A DNA stretch of 64,000 nucleotides from Thermomicrobiales bacterium. GTDB taxonomy: Bacteria; Chloroflexota; Chloroflexia; Thermomicrobiales; UBA6265. Positions within the stretch are counted from its first letter, which is position 1, and each line of letters opens with the position of its first letter. Under the pieces are notes generated by a model. The model worked only from the letters and a program-made list of their open reading frames with translations, did no database searches and was not told the DNA's origin. Location of the stretch: contig OZ244595.1 in the NCBI GenBank assembly GCA_965218235.1, positions 14,083 to 78,082 of the forward strand, read 5' to 3'. This document shows, one piece after another, positions 32,061 through 42,012 of this stretch. A program made the position numbers and the translations under genes.

Positions 32061-34031
32061 ATGACCGTCACCGATCGTCCCACCAGCACTCATACGCCCT
32101 GGACAGCCGACGCGCTTGTCTATGACCTCGCCCCGGCGACCGACCCACAGATCAGCCCTGACGGGAGCAGGATCGTCTACACCCAGCCCAGGGTCACGGC
32201 CGGTGAGGTCGCGACGACCGAGTCCGACCTGTTCCTGATCGATCGGAACGGTGGCAACGGTCGCCGGCTGACCTACGGCGGCAAGCGCAACAGCCTCGCC
32301 CGCTGGTCGCCGGACGGCCAGATGCTCGCCTTCGTCTCCGACCGGGACGGCGACGACGCTGTCAAGAGTCGCCTGCTCCTGCTGCCGGTCTCCGGTGGCG
32401 GTGACGCCCGTCCGCTGACGGGCCACCTCGCCGGCATCACCTCGATCGCCTGGTCGCCGGACGGCCGGACGATCGCCTACACGACGACCGTCGACCCGGA
32501 GAACCCGGACGAGACGCCGCGACCAAAGGACGCACCGGCACAGGTCCGGGTCACCTCCCGGCTGGACTACAAGCTCGACGGCAAGGGCTATCTCGGGGAC
32601 AAGCGGACCCAGATCTTCCTGATCGATACCGAGAGCGGCACCCGCCGGCAACTGACCACCGAAGCGTTCGACCACACGGAGCCCCGTTGGTCTCCCGACG
32701 GCCGGAAAATCGCGGTCCGGGTCAGTGGAGCGGAGGTCTTCGACGCCGTCCTCGGCCTCGTTGACGTCGCATCCGGCGGCATTCGGAAGATCACCGGAGA
32801 GCGGGGATCGCTGAGCCTCTACTCCTGGTCGCCGGATGGCAGCCGGATCCTGGTGGTCGGCGACACCCACCGGACCTGGCAGTCCGACCTCTTCCTCTAC
32901 ACCGTGGCGACCAACGAGACCCGCCGCCTGACCGACGACCTGCCGTTCGAGCCGGATTCCGCCCCAACCCCCTGCCATCCGCTCTGGATGGACGCGTCGA
33001 CTGCCCTGATCTCCGCCACCCGGGCCGGCGGCAGCGGCCTCTACACGGTGAACGTCGAGACGGGCGACATCGCGACGATGGCGACATGGCAGGCCACCCA
33101 CGGCGGTTTCAGCCTCGATGCCGACAATCGCTACGTCGTCCAGACCCGGAGCGACCTCCAGCGGACGGGCGACATCGTCGTCTTCGACCGCACCTCGGGG
33201 GACGTGACGACCGTCGCCCGGACCGCCGACGCGGTCCTGTCCGACCGTCCCGCGCCCGACTTCGAGCGGTTCACGGTCCAGCGAGCCGGACTGGAAATCG
33301 AAGCGTGGATCCTGTTCCCGCCGGAGTTCGACGCCAACAAGACGTACCCGGTCATCCTCGACATCCACGGCGGACCCAACGGCCATTACGGCTGGAATTT
33401 CAACAACACCCAGCAGCAACTCGCCAGCAACGGCTACCTGGTCGTCTTCAGCAACCCGCGTGGCTCCAGTTCCTACGGCCGCGACTTCACGCAGCGCGTC
33501 ATCCAGGACTGGGGTGGCGAGGACTACCAGGACCTGATGTTGGTGATCGACACCGTGCTGGAGCGCCCCTACGCCGACGCGTCGAAGACGGGCGTCTACG
33601 GCTATAGCTACGGCGGCTACATGACGTCGTGGATCATCGGCCAGACCAACCGCTTTCAGGCCTGCGTCTGCGGCGCCCCCTGCTTCGACCTCGAGTCGAT
33701 GTATGGCACCAGTGACATCGGTTTCACCTTCGGGAAGCTCCAGTGGGGTGGAAAGCCCCACGATGCCGTCGACTGGCTCCGCGACCATTCGCCCAGCACC
33801 TACGCCCACCGGGCGACGACCCCGACCCTGATCGTCCACGGCGAGGCCGATGACCGCTGCCCGATCGGCCAGGGCGAGCAGATGTTCGTCGCGCTGAAGG
33901 AGGCCGGTTGCGAGGTCGAGTTCGCCCGCTACCCCGGCGCCTCCCACGGCCTGATGCGCCTCGGCCCGCCGGAGCACCGCGTGGACTACCTGTCCCGCGT
34001 CCTCAGCTGGTTCGACGGCCACCTGAAGTAA
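32061..34031 (+). CDS. S9 family peptidase (acylaminoacyl/dipeptidyl peptidase) with beta-propeller
   Basis: Repeated WSPDG, IHGGP, NPRGSSSYG, GYSYGG (Ser), HGEADDRCP (Asp), SHG (His). Confidence 0.94.
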   Translation: MTVTDRPTSTHTPWTADALVYDLAPATDPQISPDGSRIVYTQPRVTAGEVATTESDLFLIDRNGGNGRRLTYGGKRNSLARWSPDGQMLAFVSDRDGDDAVKSRLLLLPVSGGGDARPLTGHLAGITSIAWSPDGRTIAYTTTVDPENPDETPRPKDAPAQVRVTSRLDYKLDGKGYLGDKRTQIFLIDTESGTRRQLTTEAFDHTEPRWSPDGRKIAVRVSGAEVFDAVLGLVDVASGGIRKITGERGSLSLYSWSPDGSRILVVGDTHRTWQSDLFLYTVATNETRRLTDDLPFEPDSAPTPCHPLWMDASTALISATRAGGSGLYTVNVETGDIATMATWQATHGGFSLDADNRYVVQTRSDLQRTGDIVVFDRTSGDVTTVARTADAVLSDRPAPDFERFTVQRAGLEIEAWILFPPEFDANKTYPVILDIHGGPNGHYGWNFNNTQQQLASNGYLVVFSNPRGSSSYGRDFTQRVIQDWGGEDYQDLMLVIDTVLERPYADASKTGVYGYSYGGYMTSWIIGQTNRFQACVCGAPCFDLESMYGTSDIGFTFGKLQWGGKPHDAVDWLRDHSPSTYAHRATTPTLIVHGEADDRCPIGQGEQMFVALKEAGCEVEFARYPGASHGLMRLGPPEHRVDYLSRVLSWFDGHLK

Positions 34032-34063
34032 CGAGCCCGGGCCACACCATCGGCCCTGGGGAG

Positions 34064-34095
34064 GAACGTGTTCCCGGCTATCCGGGGACACGTTC
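34064..34095. terminator. hairpin between convergent genes
   Basis: GAACGTGTTCCCGG...CCGGGGACACGTTC. Confidence 0.6.
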
Positions 34096-34127
34096 TCCTT
34101 TGGCTCATTCGACCCGCGCACCGGCCA

Positions 34128-35267
34128 TCAGACCTCAGGGATGCCAAGCGCCCGGCGGGCTGCCCTTGCCGCGTCCATGGTCACGGAACGGCCCTCGGGC
34201 GAAGCGCCGCGGAGCCGGTTCTTGACCAGCGCGAAGGCGAAGGAATAGTCCGGATCGGCGAAGGCGATCGACCCACCGTAGCCAGGATGTCCGAAGGCCG
34301 AGATCCGGCTGCTCATTGGGCTGTCCGGGTGCCCGAGGAAGTAGCCGATCCCCTTGGGCTCGGCCGCTTCGAGGACGAGGTCCCACCCATCGGTCTGCAT
34401 CGCCGACATCGCCCGGACCCGCTCAGCGGACAGCAGGCGGACGCCATCAACTTCGCCGATCGTCGCGGCATAGAGCCGGGCCAGCGCCCGGGCAGAGCCG
34501 ATCCCGCCGGCGCCCGGCACGACCGCCCGGCGGACATCGGGCCGATCGAAGCTCTCGCCCAGCGGGTAGAACGCCGGCGGCACGGCCAGCCAGGCATACG
34601 ACTCCGGCGACGGAGGGGTCTCGGCCCGGAGGGCGTCGTCCATGCTCAATGGCGCCAGCCGCCCTGCCGCCGACTCCGGCAAGCCGAGGAAGAACTGATC
34701 CGCCATTCCGATCGGCGCCAGCAGTTCCTCGCGGACGAACTGATCGATCCGTCGGCCATCGACCGCCTGGACGAGGCCGCCAACGATCCAGCCGTGCGTA
34801 ATCGAGTGGTAGCCGACCGCCGTACCGGGCTCCCAGAGCGGTGTCTGGATCGCGACGGCCTCCGCAACGCGATCGAAATCGGCCAGGTCGCCCGGACCGA
34901 TCCCAACCGAGATCTGCGGGATGCCGGCCTGGTGCGAGAGCGCATGCGCGACCGTCACCATCTCCTTGCCGTTCACCCCGAACTCGGGCCAGTAGTTCGC
35001 CATCACCTCGTCGTACATGATCTGGCCGCGCTCGGCGAGCAGATGCACCGCCGCCGAGGCGACCCCCTTCGTGACCGAGAATACCGTCGTGACGGTCTCA
35101 CCGTCATAGAGACGGCCCGTCTCCAGGTCGGCGACGCCAGACCAGGCATCGACGACCTGCGCGCCGTTGTGATAGGCCGCAACCTGCAGCCCCGTCTCCC
35201 CACCCCGCGCGACGTACTCGTCGAGCACGGACTGGACAGCGCGCTGCGCTTCCGTCTCGATCGCCAT
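34128..35267 (-). CDS. serine hydrolase, beta-lactamase-related esterase (family VIII/EstA-like)
   Basis: FSVTK (SxxK), LSHQAG, WEPG...YH, FGHPGYGGS. Confidence 0.92.
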   Translation of the reverse strand: MAIETEAQRAVQSVLDEYVARGGETGLQVAAYHNGAQVVDAWSGVADLETGRLYDGETVTTVFSVTKGVASAAVHLLAERGQIMYDEVMANYWPEFGVNGKEMVTVAHALSHQAGIPQISVGIGPGDLADFDRVAEAVAIQTPLWEPGTAVGYHSITHGWIVGGLVQAVDGRRIDQFVREELLAPIGMADQFFLGLPESAAGRLAPLSMDDALRAETPPSPESYAWLAVPPAFYPLGESFDRPDVRRAVVPGAGGIGSARALARLYAATIGEVDGVRLLSAERVRAMSAMQTDGWDLVLEAAEPKGIGYFLGHPDSPMSSRISAFGHPGYGGSIAFADPDYSFAFALVKNRLRGASPEGRSVTMDAARAARRALGIPEV

Positions 35268-35333
35268 CCACTACCCTCTCGATGCGCGGGCCATAACACC
35301 CTCAGTGCTGACGTCTCTCCTTCGATCCGCCGA

Positions 35334-36200
35334 TCAGACCGGCTGATCCCGCCATGAGTGCTGCGGACGCCAGCCAAAGACCCGCGCCATCTTCCCGGTA
35401 TCGAAGGCGGAGGTCGTCGGGCCATGGCCGGCCACGATGCGATCCTCCAGACCCTCGCCGGGAAAATGGCTGGCGATCAGTTCGGCGAGCGGCGTGTCGT
35501 TCACCGTGTCGGCCGCCGCGACGAGGAACACCTCGTTGCCGGTGGTGTCGCCTTCGAGCGCGGCCAGGAACGCCGAACCGACGTCGCGGGCATCGACGTA
35601 GCTCCAGAGGTTGAAGGCGCCACGGGCCAGGTTACGGCGGCGCTCGGCCAGCATCTCGCGCCCATTCTCGTCGTTCGGCATGACGTTCGACAGTCGCAGC
35701 CCGACGAACGTCGTCTCCGGATAGCTCTGGACCATCGAGTCGGCGATGATCTCACTGAGGTATTTGCTCAGGGCGTAGGCGTTCGGGGCGTCCAGCCGGA
35801 GCGACTCGTCGAACGGAATCCGGTCCGGTCGGCGGTCGTGCACGATCCCCGTCACGGTCTCGCTGGAGGCGTAGACGATTCGCTTGACGCCCAGATCTCC
35901 GGCTGCCTGCATCAGCGCGTAGGCCGACAGGGTGTTGTTCGTGAAAACATCGATCCGGGCCTGACCCTGCGGCGACGGATTGGCGGCGAGGTGACAGACG
36001 GCGTCCGGCCGGAACTGGAAGAGGGCGTCGTAGACCTCGCCGATCTCGGTGAGCTCGACCCGGCAGAACGTCCCTGGCAGCTCGAGGGCCGCGGCTGGCG
36101 CACGCAGGTCGAAGTTGATCACCTCGTGCCCCGCCCGCGCCAGACTCCGCACGACTTCGCATCCCGCCTGACCGCTGCCACCTGTGACGACGACTCGCAT
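35334..36200 (-). CDS. NAD-dependent epimerase/dehydratase
   Basis: VTGGSGQAG, HLAA, YASS, YALSK, LWSYVDARD. Confidence 0.9.
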   Translation of the reverse strand: MRVVVTGGSGQAGCEVVRSLARAGHEVINFDLRAPAAALELPGTFCRVELTEIGEVYDALFQFRPDAVCHLAANPSPQGQARIDVFTNNTLSAYALMQAAGDLGVKRIVYASSETVTGIVHDRRPDRIPFDESLRLDAPNAYALSKYLSEIIADSMVQSYPETTFVGLRLSNVMPNDENGREMLAERRRNLARGAFNLWSYVDARDVGSAFLAALEGDTTGNEVFLVAAADTVNDTPLAELIASHFPGEGLEDRIVAGHGPTTSAFDTGKMARVFGWRPQHSWRDQPV

Positions 36201-36357
36201 TCCTTGTCCTTCTCTAATGGCACCAGGGCGCCCGTCTGTCCGGTTCGCAGCCCGGAGTTGCTTCCATCGCGGTCGCACGGCGCGGACCATGCGGCGTGAA
36301 TCGCGAATGACGGACGGGAAATGTCGGTCCCTGACGTCGCGAGGAGGCGCGTTCGAC

Positions 36358-37108
36358 ATGTGCAACCACGAGATCATGCGATCCGTATCGCTGGCCACCC
36401 GTTCGGACCGTCGCCGCCGAATCACCCGGCGGACCGCGATCGGCGGCGGCATCGGGCCAGGCGCCGCCGCGACGATACGGACGCCGACCGGCCGGGCGCG
36501 GGGACAGGGCGACGCGGCGTTCGCGTCGGGTCAGGTGATCGACCTGACCCACCGACTCTTGCCCGATTTCCCGGTCTACCCCGGTTACACGCCCTTCTCG
36601 ACCGTGGTGACCAGCACGATCGACGGGATCGGCTCCCTCTCGCGGCAGGTAACGATGGAGGAACACGTTGGTACCCACGTCGACGCACCGGCCCACTTCA
36701 TCGTCGACGGCGACGATGTCAGCGCGATTCCACCGGAGCGTCTGGTCGCGCCTCTAGCGATCCTCGACATCTCGGCCCGAGTCAGGGACGACGATGACGC
36801 GACGGTGTCGGTCGACGACGTTCTCGCCTGGGAGGAGGAGCACGGTGTGCTGCCGGCCGGGGCGTTCATCGCCATGCGGTCCGGTTGGGACAGCCGGGCC
36901 GGGAACGCGGCCGCCTTCCTGAACATTGGGAACGTCGGTCTGCTGCACTTTCCAGCCTGGTCGACGGCCGCCGCGGCGTTCCTTGTCGAGGAGCGCGAAA
37001 TCGTCGGGGTTGGGCGGCGTTCCGGTGGCCGGAGCGACGATCGTCGTCAGCGCCCCCCGCTTCGCGGGCGGCTCGGGCGGTCCGTCCCGCGTACTCGCGC
37101 TGATATGA
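36358..37108 (+). pseudogene. cyclase/kynurenine formamidase-family gene with internal deletion and frameshift
   Basis: DLTH, EHVGTHVDAPAHF and MRSGW in one frame up to IVGVG; the C-terminal GATIVV...GGSGGPSRVLA is in another frame; the intervening conserved segment is missing. Confidence 0.8.
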
Positions 37109-37339
37109 GCGGGACCGAAGCGTCTGATGCTGACCTGACCCGGTTTCCGCTGAATCCAGTCGATCGGGCTGGTCGAGTCGTCGCGCTACGAATCGGGTGA
37201 CTCGGTCGTCTGGGACGTCGGATCAGCCCGGACCGGTGATCCAACCCGTCGATCCTGGCGTTCAACCTGATGGCACCAACGTGTTTGTCTGACAACGCTG
37301 CCGCACGCTTCCCATCGTCCCTCAGATGGAGTTCAGCCC

Positions 37340-38317
37340 ATGTCCCAGGAAATCGCCGATCGCTTCATGGCCGCCATTCGCGACGAGCGCGCCGCGACCT
37401 CCCGCCGTGCCCTGCTCGGCAAGTCCGCCCTCCTCGGCGGCGGCGCCGCCCTCGCCCTGACCGCGGTCCCGGCCCTCCGCGCGTCCGCCCAGTCCGACAG
37501 CCTCGAGGCCGACCCCTACTTCGAGGACGACGGCATCGCCATCCTCAACTACGCCCTGACCCTCGAGCACCTCGAGGCCACCTTCTACCGTGACGCCTTC
37601 GACATGTTCACCGCCGACGACTTCGACGGCGGCCAGGTCGTCTACGATCTGCTCACCCAGATCGGCGACCACGAGGCCGCCCATGTCGAGGCGCTCACCT
37701 CTACCATCAATGACCTCGGTGGCACCCCGGTCGAGGAGGCCAGCTACGACTTTGGCTACTCCGACGCCGCCTCGTTCCTGGCGACGGCGTCCGCGATCGA
37801 GAACGTCGGTGTCTCGGCCTACGCCGGGGCCGCTCCGTCGGTCGCGGTGCTGGCTCCGAGCCTGGTCGCGACGGCGCTCGGCATCCACAGCGTCGAGGCC
37901 CGCCACGCATCGTACGTGGCATCCCTGCTCGACGATCCTGATATCAGCTCGTTCCCTGACGCCGTCGACGCTCCCCGCACGCCGGACGAGGTCCTCGCGA
38001 TCGCCGGACCATTCATCGTTTCGAGCGACAACTCGACCCCGGCCGCGACGCCGGCAGCCAGTGAGTCGGAGGCGACCGTCAAGATGTACGACTACGGCTT
38101 CGATCCGGCCGAGCTGGAAATTCCTGCCGGAACGACGGTCACCTGGACGAACACCGGACAGATGACGCATAACGCCAGCGCGGACGACGGCAGCTTCGAA
38201 ACGAAATTCCTCAGTAACGGCGGGAGTGCGTCGGTCACCTTCGACGAGCCAGGCACCTTCCCGTATGTCTGCACGCTTCACGCGGGGCTGATGCAGGCGA
38301 CCATCACGGTGACGTAG
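37340..38317 (+). CDS. Tat-exported ferritin-like (di-iron) domain fused to a plastocyanin-like cupredoxin
   Basis: SRRALL; LNYALTLEHLEATFY, HEAAH, ENVGVSAY, VEARH; GTTVTWTN, HN...YVCTLH...M. Confidence 0.88.
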   Translation: MSQEIADRFMAAIRDERAATSRRALLGKSALLGGGAALALTAVPALRASAQSDSLEADPYFEDDGIAILNYALTLEHLEATFYRDAFDMFTADDFDGGQVVYDLLTQIGDHEAAHVEALTSTINDLGGTPVEEASYDFGYSDAASFLATASAIENVGVSAYAGAAPSVAVLAPSLVATALGIHSVEARHASYVASLLDDPDISSFPDAVDAPRTPDEVLAIAGPFIVSSDNSTPAATPAASESEATVKMYDYGFDPAELEIPAGTTVTWTNTGQMTHNASADDGSFETKFLSNGGSASVTFDEPGTFPYVCTLHAGLMQATITVT

Positions 38318-38808
38318 TACCTAATCGGCGTCCGTCCGTTCCATGATTCGGCAGCGGTCGTGACCGAAACGGCTTAGGGGAGCAGGTCGTCGGGAGTTCC
38401 CGGCACCTGTTCCCGCGTGTTCAGAAAGCGAAGCTGACGACCGATCTGGCACCGAGAACACATTCCCCGCCAACTGCCGCACATCCAACCACGACTGCTC
38501 ACCAACCGATGACCACCGGGACACCGATCCCGGATCGAACTCTGGAGCCGGACCGACCAGCGATGACTTCCAATCGGAAGCCGGTCCACCTCAGCGTCAC
38601 ATCCGCGCCATCAGCTCGAACGAAGACCGGGCGAGTTCGATTCGCCGTAGTCAGACGATCGCTTCCTGGGCGAGCACGCCACCGGCGTCATCCTCGTCGA
38701 AGCAAGCTCCAAGGAGGACGCTGGTGGCCCCGCCGCGGGAAGCCTTCCAAGAGTCGTTTTCACGGATCTCCGAAGGAGCTTGCGGACACGCACCCTGTTC
38801 ATACGGCG

Positions 38809-38837
38809 TTGACACAAGGGCCCGTTACCGCTATACT
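38809..38837 (+). promoter_or_regulatory. sigma70-type promoter of the Fe-S carrier gene
   Basis: TTGACA-17 nt-TATACT. Confidence 0.8.
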
Positions 38838-38935
38838 TTGGTAAGTAGCACGTTCGGGCCCTTACTGACTGCTGTTTCGAGGTGTCCGGCGGTTCGGCTG
38901 GTCCGGGACCCGGCGCTCCTGAAGGAACAAATCCC

Positions 38936-39301
38936 ATGATGTCGATCACCAACGAGGCCGCCGATCAGCTCCGGCGCTTCCTTGACGAGCAGGGCACGCC
39001 GGAGTTCGGTCTCCGCGTCTTCGTCGCACCGGGTGGCTGCTCGGGTCTCCAGTACGGGATGACCGTCGAGGAACAGGTCGAGGACGGCGATGAGATCATT
39101 GAGTCCAACGGCGTTCGCATCCTGGTCGACAACTTCAGCGCCTCCTACCTCGAAGGCTCCGAGATCGACTACATCAATTCGCTGATGGGCGGCGGCTTCA
39201 CGGTCCGCAACCCGAATGCCGTCGCCTCCTGCTCCTGCGGGCATTCGTTCGATACGGGCGAGAACGCGACGACGAGCCAGGGCTGCGGCTGCGGCAGCTA
39301 G
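38936..39301 (+). CDS. A-type iron-sulfur cluster carrier (IscA/ErpA/HesB)
   Basis: GLRVFVAPGGCSGLQY, GSEIDY, NPNAVASCSCGHSF. Confidence 0.94.
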   Translation: MMSITNEAADQLRRFLDEQGTPEFGLRVFVAPGGCSGLQYGMTVEEQVEDGDEIIESNGVRILVDNFSASYLEGSEIDYINSLMGGGFTVRNPNAVASCSCGHSFDTGENATTSQGCGCGS

Positions 39302-39329
39302 TCCCCAATTCCCCTCTGACCACTACGAG

Positions 39330-39353
39330 CGGCGGCGGGACAACCCGCCGCCG
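39330..39353 (+). terminator. intrinsic terminator-like hairpin
   Basis: CGGCGGCGGG-ACAA-CCCGCCGCCG. Confidence 0.65.
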
Positions 39354-39727
39354 TCATCTTGCGTTCGGCGGGCAGGATGCCCGTCCTTCCGCAGGTTATG
39401 TTCAACCCGTTTCTCCGGCGACACCGACCAGATGCGGGTCCCCGCGGAGCAAGGTTCGACTCGTCAGTTCAAGTTGGTGCCTATTTTGCGATCTGGTGGC
39501 ATCTCATACGCGTCTTATACCGTAATAGAGGTAAGGGGCGTCGACAGAGCGTCTCCGTTAGGTCGCTGATCCGGCTCGCGAACCCGAGTCCGTACCATCA
39601 GCGGCAGTATGAAGGCCTCGCGGATTCCGGGTCGCTGACACCGCCCATCTTCACTGTCGTCCCAACCTGTCGCGGTGTCAGTTCAATCGCCGAGCAGAAC
39701 CGCAACGCTCGAACCCAAGGAGCATCC

Positions 39728-40756
<1,029 letters not shown>

Positions 40757-40777
40757 ACAGCCGGATCGCCTCCGAAA

Positions 40778-40826
40778 GAACACAGAACGACCCGGACGTC
40801 TCTGGCGCCCGGGTCGTTCTGTGTTC
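40778..40826. terminator. 18-bp stem hairpin between convergent genes
   Basis: GAACACAGAACGACCCGG...CCGGGTCGTTCTGTGTTC. Confidence 0.7.
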
Positions 40827-40894
40827 GGCGGACGCCTCGTCGAACGGGGTTCCAACGACATTCCGATGCCATCAGCACGGGAGACGAGGAACCA

Positions 40895-41302
40895 TCACGG
40901 TGCGACGACGGCGTCCGTGATGGCGTCGATTCCCAGCAGATTCGCGGCAAGGTCAGCGCCCAGACGATACCGGACGGCGAGCGTCTGAGGACTGGTGTAG
41001 CTCACCTTGGTCTGGCCATCGTCGTCCCAAACGAGGACCTTCAGGGGCAGGTCGAGCGCCGCCAGCGGGGACACCACCATGACCGGTGTGCCGCTGGCCG
41101 GACTGCCGAAGATGATCAGCTTCGTGCCCCGCAGCGGAAGGCCGACCGACTCGGCCGCGCCGCTGTGATCGATCATCGCAAAGAGCGTCAGGCCACGCGC
41201 CATGATGGTCGAAGTCAGGCGATCGACCGTTTCGGAGACCGACCGCGGGCTCCACTTGGTCGTGACGCCTGGCTCGGCTGGCCTGAGCCCGTCATCGGTC
41301 AT
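40895..41302 (-). CDS. DUF302 family protein
   Basis: FAMIDHSGAA...LIIFGSP..GTPVM...ALDLPLKVLVWDD. Confidence 0.88.
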   Translation of the reverse strand: MTDDGLRPAEPGVTTKWSPRSVSETVDRLTSTIMARGLTLFAMIDHSGAAESVGLPLRGTKLIIFGSPASGTPVMVVSPLAALDLPLKVLVWDDDGQTKVSYTSPQTLAVRYRLGADLAANLLGIDAITDAVVAP

Positions 41303-41350
41303 GGTCAGAACCGCCTCTCTTGCCGGTAGGAAAGCCTCTGAGCGAGGCGC

Positions 41351-41665
41351 CTACCCGATCGGCGCTGGCCGGAGCTCCGGGGTGGCTGTCGCATAGAGCC
41401 GGCGCCATTCCCTGATCTCGATCTGGCCGAAGGCGCCGACCGAGTTGTACGGGTCCGCATCCATCAGCTGCCGGACAGCGGCCTCGCTCTCGGCCTCATA
41501 GATCAGCAGGGCGCCCGTCTCATCGGTGAACGGCCCGGACTCCACCAGCTTGCCGTCGCTGAGCAACTGGTCCAGGTACTCCCGGTGCTTCGGCCGGATG
41601 CGGAGGCGCTCCTCATCGTTCGCGAACGTTACCCAGGCAGCGAAGATAGCCATCGGATACTCCAT
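41351..41665 (-). CDS. YciI family protein
   Basis: RPKHREYL...SGPF...GALLIYEAES...DPY. Confidence 0.88.
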   Translation of the reverse strand: MEYPMAIFAAWVTFANDEERLRIRPKHREYLDQLLSDGKLVESGPFTDETGALLIYEAESEAAVRQLMDADPYNSVGAFGQIEIREWRRLYATATPELRPAPIG

Positions 41666-42012
41666 ATCACTGGCGGCAAGGGGCCGCGTCGACCGTTACA
41701 CCCGACGAGTATCCCGCATCTGGACGACCACGTCACGACCGCTGGGTTCGTTCGGGTTGCATTCGCCTGTCGGGCCGGACCCAGATCAGCTTCGGGAGGT
41801 ACGCCAGCAGATCGACGCCGACGACGCCGACGACGCCGACGACTCTGCGGACATCGTCAAGGGCGGCACCGGCTGGCACGGCCCGCTGGTCGGACTTGAC
41901 GTTTGCCGGCCCGCGGCCGATGCTCAACCCATCCCGTTCACGCCGCGCTCCCGAGATGCCGGCCCAGCCATCGAGCGCCGCGCGACGCCCACTGTCGAGA
42001 GTTGGACACGCC

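Noticed and set aside
38628-38648. GTTCGA T-loop-like sequences (also ~39454)
   Set aside because: No canonical T-stem register, acceptor stem or anticodon arm; not tRNAs.
41812-41843. CGACGCCGA 9-bp tandem repeat (about three copies) between yciI and mutS
   Set aside because: Short, low-complexity and without spacers; no supported ORF or CRISPR structure.
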